Shown in pieces: positions 44,103-51,837 of a DNA stretch of 64,000 bases. The stretch covers positions 12,686 to 76,685 of the forward strand of contig JAJZLY010000005.1 in assembly GCA_021850485.1 (NCBI GenBank), written 5' to 3'. Position 1 is the first letter of the stretch. Each line of letters begins with the position of its first letter. Origin of the DNA: Bacillota bacterium. GTDB lineage: Bacteria > Bacillota > Sulfobacillia > JAJZYS01 > JAJZLH01. A program made the translations under genes and the position numbers. The notes under the pieces were generated by a model that saw nothing but the letters and a program-made list of their open reading frames with translations, did not search any database and was not told the origin of the DNA.

Positions 44103-44540
44103 ATGGGCCGACGCAGCGGATCGATTGGCCTGGGTCTCGTCGTCACTGCCATCGGCGTGTATCTAGCGGCACAAGCCCTGGGATTTCCGGTGCAACCGTT
44201 TGGCCGCGTCGTAGGCATCTACTGGCCGCTTTTATTCACGCTGTGGGGCGTGGCGGAGCTGGTCGAAAAGCGCGGGGGGCTGTTTGTTCCGCTGGGTGCG
44301 ATCTTGTTTGGCCTATTGCTCACCGCCACCAACAGCGGGCTGTTCCCGCTTTCCAGCGGGTCGGCGTGGCAACTTCTGGCGGCTGCTTTCGTGGTGGCGC
44401 TTGGCCTGGAGATGACGGTTGGCAAGAAGATCTTCCGGCACCGGCGGTGGGACGGACGGCGCGGCCCCAAGACGACCATGCACTGGATGTGGGACGACCG
44501 GGAGCCACCGGACATCGAGAAACCACCTCAGGACGTTTGA
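44103..44540 (+). CDS. Membrane protein (4 TM; LiaF-N-terminal-like), hypothetical
   Basis: RBS aggagg lies 9 nt before ATG 44103. Hydrophobic helices followed by a charged C-terminus. Confidence 0.5.
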   Translation: MGRRSGSIGLGLVVTAIGVYLAAQALGFPVQPFGRVVGIYWPLLFTLWGVAELVEKRGGLFVPLGAILFGLLLTATNSGLFPLSSGSAWQLLAAAFVVALGLEMTVGKKIFRHRRWDGRRGPKTTMHWMWDDREPPDIEKPPQDV

Positions 44541-44580
44541 CACCCTGCGGGACCTCTCATAGACTAGGGAAGCCCGTTTC

Positions 44581-44656
44581 GGGGCCGTAGCTCAGTTGGG
44601 AGAGCGCCTGAATGGCATTCAGGAGGTCAGGGGTTCAACTCCCCTCGGCTCCACCA
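44581..44656 (+). tRNA. tRNA-Ala (anticodon GGC)
   Basis: Cloverleaf with G3:U70 identity pair. Anticodon loop aUGGCAu. T-loop ggttcaact. CCA encoded. Confidence 0.9.
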
Positions 44657-44664
44657 CTTGAAAC

Positions 44665-44703
44665 GAAGATCCCGCAAGGATTTGCGGGATCTTCTCTTTT
44701 CTG
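44665..44703 (+). terminator. Rho-independent terminator after tRNA-Ala
   Basis: gaagatcccgcaa-ggat-ttgcgggatcttc followed by tctttt. Confidence 0.6.
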
Positions 44704-44750
44704 CTGGAGAGCTAAAATGTTCGATCTGCTACCATTTTGCTACCATCCGC

Positions 44751-45779
44751 CTATTTTGGACTCCCGGCTCCGGTGCGACCCGATGGCATCTCATGGGAAC
44801 CCATGACGTCGGCAAAGAGCGATGCGGCCGTCTTGTCGGCGACCTTCTTCTGACGGCCAGGCTGATCGTGCATGTAAACGCTCATGGTCGTCGTCACTTT
44901 GGCGTGCCCAAGGCGGTTCTGGACGGCAGTCGTGTCGCCTTCTGAATCTTGGATCAGGAATGTCCCAACCATATGGCGGAGGTCGTGCAGGCGGATGTGC
45001 CGCAGGCCAGCCAGCTCTAATTGCCGAGTGAAGAGGCGGTGCAGGGTGCGTGGGCTGAGCGGCGTACCAACTCGCGACGGGAACACCAGGCCGTGCTCCT
45101 GCCACAATGTTCCGGCCCGCTCCCGGTCTTGGTCAAGACGCTGGCGCTGGTCCTGGAGGATGCGTCGGTCGGCGTCTGTCATCTCGATAGGGCGCGCCCC
45201 ACGGGGCTCCTTGGTCACCCGCTCGACGACACCACGACCTGGCCGGTACGGGCGCTGGACCCGCACATTGAGATAGCCGTGCTCCCAATCAATGTCGATC
45301 CAGCGCAGGCCGATCAGTTCGCCACGGTGCATGCCCGTTGAAAGGCTCAGTGCAAAGAGTCGGTGCGCAGAGAGGGAGTTAAGAAACGTGCGAGCCTCTT
45401 CCCGGGTATGGATGATGTGTTCGCGTGGCGTGTATTTGGGTTTCGTAACGCGGTCCAGCGGGTTGCGGGCGATCAGGTCGCCGACGGACGGCTGCCCGGA
45501 ACGCAATGTTGAGGATGTTGTGGCAGTGGGTAGGGGCGGAGCCGTGCAAGGAACCGTAGAGCTTCTCGACCTGGTCCGGTCGGAGACTGGCCAGCCGTTC
45601 TCCCCCGAGGAGTGGAACGATCTGGTTTCGAATGAGTCGGCGATACTTGGCGGTTGTATGCGGAGCCAGCGGGATACGGTGAATTCGAGCGGTCGTCGCA
45701 ATCGGGGCGCATTACATAACTGGCCATCACCTACAATGATCTCAATGACCGAGGGGAGGGGCTCGCTGTGAAGACACAC
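44751..45779 (-). CDS. Tyrosine recombinase/phage integrase, C-terminal catalytic domain intact, N-terminal region apparently degenerate
   Basis: Catalytic residues in ...HDLRHMVGTFLIQ... and ...SVYMHD (R..HxxR..Y). The first ~100 codons of the ORF lack core-binding-domain features. The ORF overlaps the divergent HicB-like gene. Confidence 0.75.
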   Translation of the reverse strand: MCLHSEPLPSVIEIIVGDGQLCNAPRLRRPLEFTVSRWLRIQPPSIADSFETRSFHSSGENGWPVSDRTRSRSSTVPCTAPPLPTATTSSTLRSGQPSVGDLIARNPLDRVTKPKYTPREHIIHTREEARTFLNSLSAHRLFALSLSTGMHRGELIGLRWIDIDWEHGYLNVRVQRPYRPGRGVVERVTKEPRGARPIEMTDADRRILQDQRQRLDQDRERAGTLWQEHGLVFPSRVGTPLSPRTLHRLFTRQLELAGLRHIRLHDLRHMVGTFLIQDSEGDTTAVQNRLGHAKVTTTMSVYMHDQPGRQKKVADKTAASLFADVMGSHEMPSGRTGAGSPK

Positions 45780-46001
45780 TCATACCGCGTGATGCTCGCC
45801 TGGGATGCCGACGACGAGATGTGGAACGTGTCGGCGCCCGCCATTCCCGGCTGCTTCACGTTTGGAGTCACCGTTGAAGAGGCGATCGAGAACGCTCGCG
45901 AGGCGATCTTGGTCAATGTCGAGGACATGGCGGAGCGAGGAGAGGTCATCCCTGCGGAGGACACCCGCATCGAGATGGTGACGGTCGAGGCTAAGGCTTG
46001 A
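45768..46001 (+). CDS. HicB-like (UPF0150) antitoxin-family protein, orphan
   Basis: YRVMLAWDADDEMWNVSAPAIPGCFTFGVTVEEAIENAREAI matches the HicB N-domain fold family. No adjacent HicA ORF found. Confidence 0.55.
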   Translation: MKTHSYRVMLAWDADDEMWNVSAPAIPGCFTFGVTVEEAIENAREAILVNVEDMAERGEVIPAEDTRIEMVTVEAKA

Positions 46002-46173
46002 CCGGACGTGCCGTGGTTGATGCTCTCCAGCGCCAAAGTTGCAAGGTGTCGCGGCAACGTTGCAGTCGTGTCCGGCGGGAATGGCCGGACGGGCGCGAGG
46101 TGACGGTGCCTGCTGGCAAGGAGTCGCAGCGTCCCTGCCGAACCAGTCTTGAGAAGTGAAGGGAGGGTTGTCG

Positions 46174-46632
46174 ATGGATCAGGAGATGAAGGCATACCTG
46201 GACGCAATGCAACAGGGCATCATCAAGCAAATGGTTGACTTGAACACGGAAACGCGCACTGAATCCCGTGACCATGGGGAGCGACTGAACGGGCAGACCC
46301 GTGAGTACATAGAGAAACTGCACACGCAGGCCCATGACCATGCGGAGCAACTGAACGCGCAGACCCGTGAGTACGTAGAGAAACTGCACACGCAGGCCCA
46401 TGACCATGCGGAGCAACTGAGCGCGCAGACCCGTGAGTACGTAGAGAAACTGCACACGCAGGCCCATGACCATGCGGAGCAACTGAACGCGCAGACCCGC
46501 ATCCTGATCGAAGCGGTTCACGACGACATTCGGCTCGTTGCCGAGGGCGTCGTGATGTTCAACGAGAAGCTCGACCGGATCGCCGGCGACCACGAGCAGC
46601 GTATCCAGCGCCTTGAACGAGGGGCGTTGTAA
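46174..46632 (+). CDS. Coiled-coil protein with three 20-aa tandem repeats (TREYVEKLHTQAHDHAEQLNAQ)
   Basis: RBS aagggagg before ATG 46174. 60-nt DNA repeats span about 46293-46472. Confidence 0.55.
   Translation: MDQEMKAYLDAMQQGIIKQMVDLNTETRTESRDHGERLNGQTREYIEKLHTQAHDHAEQLNAQTREYVEKLHTQAHDHAEQLSAQTREYVEKLHTQAHDHAEQLNAQTRILIEAVHDDIRLVAEGVVMFNEKLDRIAGDHEQRIQRLERGAL
46263..46500. repeat. 60-bp direct tandem repeat, about 3.5 copies, intragenic
   Basis: The unit cagacccgtgagtacgtagagaaactgcacacgcaggcccatgaccatgcggagcaactgaacgcg is repeated with 1-2 substitutions. Flanking half-units are degenerate. Confidence 0.8.
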
Positions 46633-46779
46633 CCATTCCCGTCACCGTGGCAAGTCGTCCGCGCTCGGCTTAACAAAGCCGGGCGTTCTTGATCATCGGC
46701 GAAGTGGGTACCTGCCGCTCGGCCGGCCGCATGTTGATCTGCAACAGGACTGCGGCTTCTGATTTACGAACCCCTGCCC

Positions 46780-47979
46780 ATGCCAAGCATCACGCCACGG
46801 CCCCGCAAGAACGACCGGCCAGACCGGCCGACCAGGCGGCTTGTCACCTGGGACCTGCCGCCGGGTCCTGGTGGCAAGCGTCGGTGCACAACCGAGACGG
46901 TGCGAGGCAACAAGCGAGACGCCGAGCAGAGATCGACCGGGCTGCCGGCAGATACGTTTCACCATCTAAGCAAACCGTTGCACAGTACATGGAGCAGTGG
47001 CTTGCAACGGTGAGTCAGCACATTCGACCAGCCACCTACTACAGCTACGAAATGCAGGTTCGGGTGCATATCCTTCCTCACTTGGGGGCAGGAGCCCCTT
47101 GTCAACCTGGCAGCCCAATCGCTCCAGGCATGGTTGGTTACGTTGTCTCAGCCGCAGGGGAACGGCACGACCCTCTCGCCCCGCTCCGTCGCATACGTTT
47201 GCTCGGTGCTTGGCATCGCACTCGGAGAGGCAGTCCGGCTGGAGCTCCTGCCTGCGAACCCTGTGAGCCGGATACGACCGCCCAAGCAGAACCCGAAGAA
47301 GGTGGAGTCCCTCACCTTCGAGCAGGAACAGGCAATTGACGAAGTCGGGCGGGACATGAGGCTGGGCGTCTTGTTCTCGGTCCTGCGGAAGACGGGGCTT
47401 CGCATCGGCGAGGCGATCGGTCTCCGGTGGGAGGATGTGGACCTTGAGAACGCCACCCTTTCGGTCCATCGCACCATGTCGGAGATCAACGGACGAATGA
47501 TCGAAGGACCGCCCAAGACCAAGGCCGGACGACGGGAGATAGCGCTAGCCCCACAGACGGTCGAGATGCTCCGCTGCCAGAGGTAAGCGCAGGAAGTGGA
47601 GCGATGGGTAAACAGCGCGGACTGGAACCAACAGAGACTGGTATTCCCCTCTACTACGGGCACGGTGCTATTCCGCCACAATGTCCGACGTGCCTGGCTG
47701 GACCTCATTGCGAGAGATGGACTGCCGGTCTACGGTCTCCATGCCTTGCGCCACACCTGTGCCAGCCTCACGCTCCAAGCCGGAATCGGACTGGCCGAGA
47801 TCGCAGCCAAGTTAGGCGACGAGAACACCGCCTTCGGGGCCAGAGCCTACGCCCATGTCCTGCAAGCCACCAAACGGCAGGCAGAGGACCGCTTTGGGCG
47901 CTTCCTCACCGGAAGACCATCGGACTGGATTGTTGTCGAAATATTGGCAAACCGCCCGCCGACCCCTGCTATCACATGA
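46780..47979 (+). pseudogene. Phage-type integrase pseudogene (two frameshifts plus an in-frame TAA)
   Basis: The N-terminal segment (..GKRRCTTETVRGNKRDAEQ) is in frame 1. The core-binding segment (..SPSKQTVAQYMEQWLATV...HILPHLG) is in frame 0, then back in frame 1 (LVNLAAQSLQAWL...). A TAA at 47584-47586 precedes the catalytic domain (LHALRHTCAS...YAHV). Confidence 0.75.
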
Positions 47980-48097
47980 CATAACGTGTGACCTAGTGAT
48001 CGTTCCGTAATGGCCTGAAAGCACCATATAGAAAGGGTTTGTGCCTATCCTTCAAGCCTTGTTGATAGTCATGAAAGGTCACGCAATTTGGACATGG

Positions 48098-48147
48098 CCT
48101 GGATGGCATTGAGGAGGTCGGGGGCTCAACTCCGCTCGGCTCCACCA
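48098..48147 (+). repeat. Partial tRNA-Ala 3' half (displaced att-site copy, putative attR)
   Basis: cctggatggcattgaggaggtcgggggctcaactccgctcggctccacca compared with tRNA positions 44607-44656 shows 5 mismatches. The native-looking terminator follows at 48154-48184. Confidence 0.55.
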
Positions 48148-48306
48148 GACTGAACCCGCTTCCCGTAAGGGAAAGCGGGTTTTGGCTGAAGGCCGATGTC
48201 CGTCGAAAGTAGGGTACATCCTGACCACGAGGCAACCTCGGCTGCGCCGGGGCTTCAGGGTATTCTTGTGGCTTGGTGCCGAACCAAGTGCCCGACGCGC
48301 CGGTGC

Positions 48307-48777
48307 TCAGAGGTCCTTGCGCATCATGATGTTGGTGGCGTGGTAGCCGCTGGTGTCGTAGAGGTGTCGGGCGGTGTGGTTGTGAGCGAACACGTGCAGA
48401 CCGATTCTGGCTAATCCAAGCGCCCGCACGGCTTCGTCCAGCGCCGAGAGTGCCTGTCGGCCGTATCCCCGGCCCTGAAATTGGTCCCAGACATGGATGT
48501 CCCAGATCCAAGCCTCGGCCTGACCGGCCTCTTGGCGGACGCCGAACCAGATCATGCCGACCCGGCTAGATGACTCATCGTCAACCAGAGTGTGCAGATG
48601 TTGGCCCTGCGAGTGCAGCCCGTCCGGAAGGAGCACCTGAAACTCTTTGGCGGCTTCTGCATGAGCCTCTGTGACGGACCAGCGGCCAGCTGCCACATGC
48701 TCTTCAGCATAGTGGTCGACGGCCACTGCGAGATAGCTGGAAAACTCCTCTTCCGTCATGGTGGCCAGTCGAATCAC
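48307..48777 (-). CDS. GNAT family N-acetyltransferase
   Basis: Motif A QFQGRGYGRQALSAL. 156 aa. Confidence 0.8.
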   Translation of the reverse strand: MIRLATMTEEEFSSYLAVAVDHYAEEHVAAGRWSVTEAHAEAAKEFQVLLPDGLHSQGQHLHTLVDDESSSRVGMIWFGVRQEAGQAEAWIWDIHVWDQFQGRGYGRQALSALDEAVRALGLARIGLHVFAHNHTARHLYDTSGYHATNIMMRKDL

Positions 48778-48917
48778 TAGACCGCCTCCTTGCCTTCCCC
48801 GGAGCCACTGTCTTGGACACAGGGGCCAGGCGCACCTTCCGCCGGAACCCGAATGCGGTGGTGGTCACAGGGGAGGGCACCGCTGGTCGGGAATCCTCGG
48901 ATCAGTCTCGAGGAGGC

Positions 48918-49670
48918 GTGGTGGTCAAAGCGGTGCCCGGATCAGGTAGTGCCCAGCCTCCAGCGTCCGACGGGCACCCGCGGCGCGCCATCCTGACCCT
49001 CCTTGGTTTCGGGGTGGTCGGACCCGTCTTGTTCACCGTGTCCTACGCCATCAATGAGGCGCTGCGCCCTGGCTTCAACCTCTGGCAAGAGTCCATCTCC
49101 ATGCTCAGCCGAGGGCCAGCCGGGTGGATTCAAAGCGCCAGTTTCACGGTGTTCGGGCTGATGAGCATTGCCTTTGCCGTGGGTCTTGCCAGACTGGATC
49201 CGCCGCCAGACGGCTCGCCCTGGATCGCCCGCCTGCAGGCGGGCATCGGCGTTGGGCTGGTGTTTGCTGGATTGGTGGTCCAGCACAAGTTGAATCTTGG
49301 CCCAGGCGGGGTACGGCCTGCGGGTCTGCTCACGCCGTATGGCTACATTACCGTGGCCGGTTTTGTCCATGTCCTGGCGGCTGTGTTGATCTATGCCTCG
49401 ACCGTTGGGTCGTGCCTGCTGGTGGGCCGCAGCCTACGACAGCGGACTCAGGTTGCAGTCGGTGCCTACTCCACGGCCAGTGGTTCGCTGTACGCCGTGT
49501 GCATCTTGGGCTTCGCACTGGCTCCGTTGCTAGTTGGGCCGGCTGGCCTCTTCGAACGACTGGCCAGCCTGATCGGAGCCGTCTGGACGGTGTGGTTTGC
49601 CAGCCGCACGATGGGGGCCGCTCGGAGCAGCGCCCGGGCCAGGAGCCAGACGGCCGTAGGCGAACCTTAA
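48918..49670 (+). CDS. DUF998 family membrane protein
   Basis: AILTLLGFGVVGPVLFTVSY...MLSRGPAGW is the DUF998 signature. Start uncertain. Confidence 0.55.
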   Translation: MVVKAVPGSGSAQPPASDGHPRRAILTLLGFGVVGPVLFTVSYAINEALRPGFNLWQESISMLSRGPAGWIQSASFTVFGLMSIAFAVGLARLDPPPDGSPWIARLQAGIGVGLVFAGLVVQHKLNLGPGGVRPAGLLTPYGYITVAGFVHVLAAVLIYASTVGSCLLVGRSLRQRTQVAVGAYSTASGSLYAVCILGFALAPLLVGPAGLFERLASLIGAVWTVWFASRTMGAARSSARARSQTAVGEP

Positions 49671-49730
49671 CCTTCTGGTGTCCAGAAACCAGAGCCTGGG
49701 CGGCGAGATGGCGATCAGGAGGTGAACCCC

Positions 49731-50240
49731 ATGTGGCAGCTGGCGATTCCCGCCTGGCAGTTGGTGGTGCGCTCGGTCGTCATCTACGCCGCGCTCTTGA
49801 TTGGACTGCGGCTGTTCGGAAAGCGAGAGGTCGGCCAGTTCACCGTGTTCGATCTGGTCCTAGTCTTGCTGGTGGCAAATGCCGTGCAGCCGGCGATCAC
49901 CGGTCCGGATAACTCGGTGGCCGGCGGGTTGGTGATCATCGTCAGCTTGTTCGTGCTGAACTGGGCGATTGCCAGCGTGCGCGGCCGGTCGCCGCTGCTT
50001 CGGAGCCTACTGGAGGGCAAGGCCGCGATCGTTGCCCGTGACGGGCAGTGGATGCCAGCGGCGTTGAAGCGAGCTGGCTTGGACATCGATGACTGCACGA
50101 TGGCGCTGCGTGAGCACGGATTTCAGGATGTTTCCGAGGTGTCGCTGGTCGTGTTGGAGACGGATGGTTCGATCTCCGTGGTTCCGGGCTCCACGCCGAT
50201 GCTCCGTAGCCGCAGGCGGGTGCGTACTCGGCGCATGTGA
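49731..50240 (+). CDS. DUF421 (YetF-like) membrane protein
   Basis: RBS aggagg before ATG 49731. N-terminal TM helices plus a C-terminal YetF-like domain. Confidence 0.65.
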   Translation: MWQLAIPAWQLVVRSVVIYAALLIGLRLFGKREVGQFTVFDLVLVLLVANAVQPAITGPDNSVAGGLVIIVSLFVLNWAIASVRGRSPLLRSLLEGKAAIVARDGQWMPAALKRAGLDIDDCTMALREHGFQDVSEVSLVVLETDGSISVVPGSTPMLRSRRRVRTRRM

Positions 50241-50242
50241 GG

Positions 50243-50713
50243 TCAAGGAGGCGGCCGGCGGCCCCCAGGTTCTGCCCGACCCGCCCGGGATGTGCCGGCT
50301 GCGCGAGCGGATGTGAGGCGGCGCAGGAGCACAGCTCCGAGGTACACGACCACCGTCGAGACCAGCACTGAGAGCGGATAGACCCAAGAAGAGATGTGCA
50401 GCAAAAAGGCGAGCAAGACGATGGCCAGAGCCGGAGGGGCGGCCGCCTGGCTCAGTTCCATCAGTGCGAAGATGGCCAGGAGTCCGGTGGCGATGCCGAT
50501 GGCTTCCGGCAGGTGGACCAGCAAAATGCCAACGGCGGCCGCTGCTACCGGCAGCAATATGACCGACCGCCAGCCGGCCAGCTCGGCCCTAGGGTCGCGA
50601 AACGCCAAGTAGGCGATCACCGCCAAGGGCGGGAACAGGGCGTAGCGCACAACCAGGGCCAAGCTCAGCAGGTGAGCCAACTCGACGACCGCCACCACGG
50701 CCAGCGGTCGCAA
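50243..50713 (-). CDS. Hypothetical polytopic membrane protein
   Basis: 156 aa, highly hydrophobic, with convergent overlap to the DUF421 stop. No motif recognised. Confidence 0.4.
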   Translation of the reverse strand: MRPLAVVAVVELAHLLSLALVVRYALFPPLAVIAYLAFRDPRAELAGWRSVILLPVAAAAVGILLVHLPEAIGIATGLLAIFALMELSQAAAPPALAIVLLAFLLHISSWVYPLSVLVSTVVVYLGAVLLRRLTSARAAGTSRAGRAEPGGRRPPP

Positions 50714-50899
50714 AAGAACTGAAACGGACTTGCATCGAAGACCCCCTCGCCATCGCGTCGATCATAGACGAGGCTGCGTGCCACGGCTACCAGCCGGGGA
50801 GAGTCCTGTCGGCGGCGGCTGGTTGGCGTATCATAGATACATAGAGCCCCAGGGATGGGGTCCAATTGGATGCCGCCAGGTGGCCGACGGGAGGTCCCG

Positions 50900-51814
50900 A
50901 TGCCAGCAGTCCCCTCTGGAGCGCAGTTTGAGATCCGCCACGGCAAACAGCGAGCGACCGTCGTCGAAGTCGGGGCGGCGATTCGTGAATACGTGGACAA
51001 TGAGCGCCCCGTCTTGGATCCTTTTCCTAGCGATGCGATGTGCGACGGCGCCCATGGCACGCCGCTGATCCCCTGGGCCAATCGGCTGGCTGACGGACGT
51101 TATCGGTTCGACGGCCACGAGTACCAGGTGCCGCTGACCGAGCCGGAAAAGCAAAATGCGATCCACGGCCTGGCGCGCTGGCGCAACTGGCAGCCGATCC
51201 GCCAGGGACCATGCACAGTGGTGATGGGAACCCGCCTACACCCCAGCCCCGGCTACCCTTTCACTCTGGATTTGGAGATCGACTATACGCTGAGCGCGGC
51301 GGGCCTGACGGTGGAGATTTCGGCCACCAACATGGGGACCGGTCCCTGCCCCTACGCCTGTGGCCAGCATCCGTACATGTCGCCGGGAGCTGGGCTGATC
51401 GATCAGTGCACGCTGCAGCTTGCAGCTGAAACCCGAATTCTCAGCGATCCTGTGCGCCAGCTGCCGACGGGGCTGGAAGCTGTGGCCGGCACGGCCTTCG
51501 ACTTCCGAACGCCCAGACCCATTGGCGAACAGCAGGTGGATTTCGCCTTCACCGACCTGAGCCGAGACCAAGACAACTTGGCTTGGGCCAGGCTAGGCTG
51601 CCCAGACGGGCGGAGCGTGGCACTGTGGGTGGATGCAACGTTTTCGGTGCTCGAACTCTACACCGGAGACACCCTCGCCCCCCACCGCAGGCGGCGGGGC
51701 TTAGGCACCGAGCCCATGACCGGCCCGCCGAACGGATTGCAAAGTGGTGTGGGCCTGATCCGGCTGGAAAGCGGTCAGCGCCATACCAGCCGGTGGGGCG
51801 TACGACTTGACTGA
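50900..51814 (+). CDS. Aldose 1-epimerase family protein
   Basis: Mutarotase-like conserved His/Glu context (…IHGLARW…, …FTLDLEIDYTL…). RBS gggagg before ATG 50900. Confidence 0.75.
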   Translation: MPAVPSGAQFEIRHGKQRATVVEVGAAIREYVDNERPVLDPFPSDAMCDGAHGTPLIPWANRLADGRYRFDGHEYQVPLTEPEKQNAIHGLARWRNWQPIRQGPCTVVMGTRLHPSPGYPFTLDLEIDYTLSAAGLTVEISATNMGTGPCPYACGQHPYMSPGAGLIDQCTLQLAAETRILSDPVRQLPTGLEAVAGTAFDFRTPRPIGEQQVDFAFTDLSRDQDNLAWARLGCPDGRSVALWVDATFSVLELYTGDTLAPHRRRRGLGTEPMTGPPNGLQSGVGLIRLESGQRHTSRWGVRLD

Positions 51815-51837
51815 ATGCCGTTGAGGGGGCGTTTGCG

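Larger units (their letters stand above)
44657..48147. mobile_element. Degenerate tRNA-Ala-inserted integrative island (~3.5 kb) bounded by the tRNA 3' end and a diverged 3'-half tRNA copy
   Basis: It holds an integrase remnant abutting the tRNA, a HicB-like gene, a repeat protein and a second multiply disrupted integrase. A 50-nt copy of the tRNA-Ala 3' half with 5 mismatches lies at 48098-48147. Confidence 0.55.

Noticed and set aside
46263-46500. Regular 60-bp direct repeats (CRISPR-like periodicity)
   Set aside because: The repeats are contiguous, without spacers, in-frame and coding within 46174..46632. No cas genes are present. It is not a CRISPR array.
47596-47979. 127-aa ORF as an independent small recombinase gene
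   Set aside because: It is the catalytic C-terminal part of the disrupted integrase 46780..47979, separated from the core-binding part by an in-frame TAA.
48091-48148. tRNA-like sequence
   Set aside because: It contains only the anticodon-stem-to-CCA portion, with mismatches that break the stems. It is interpreted as an att-site remnant, not a functional tRNA.
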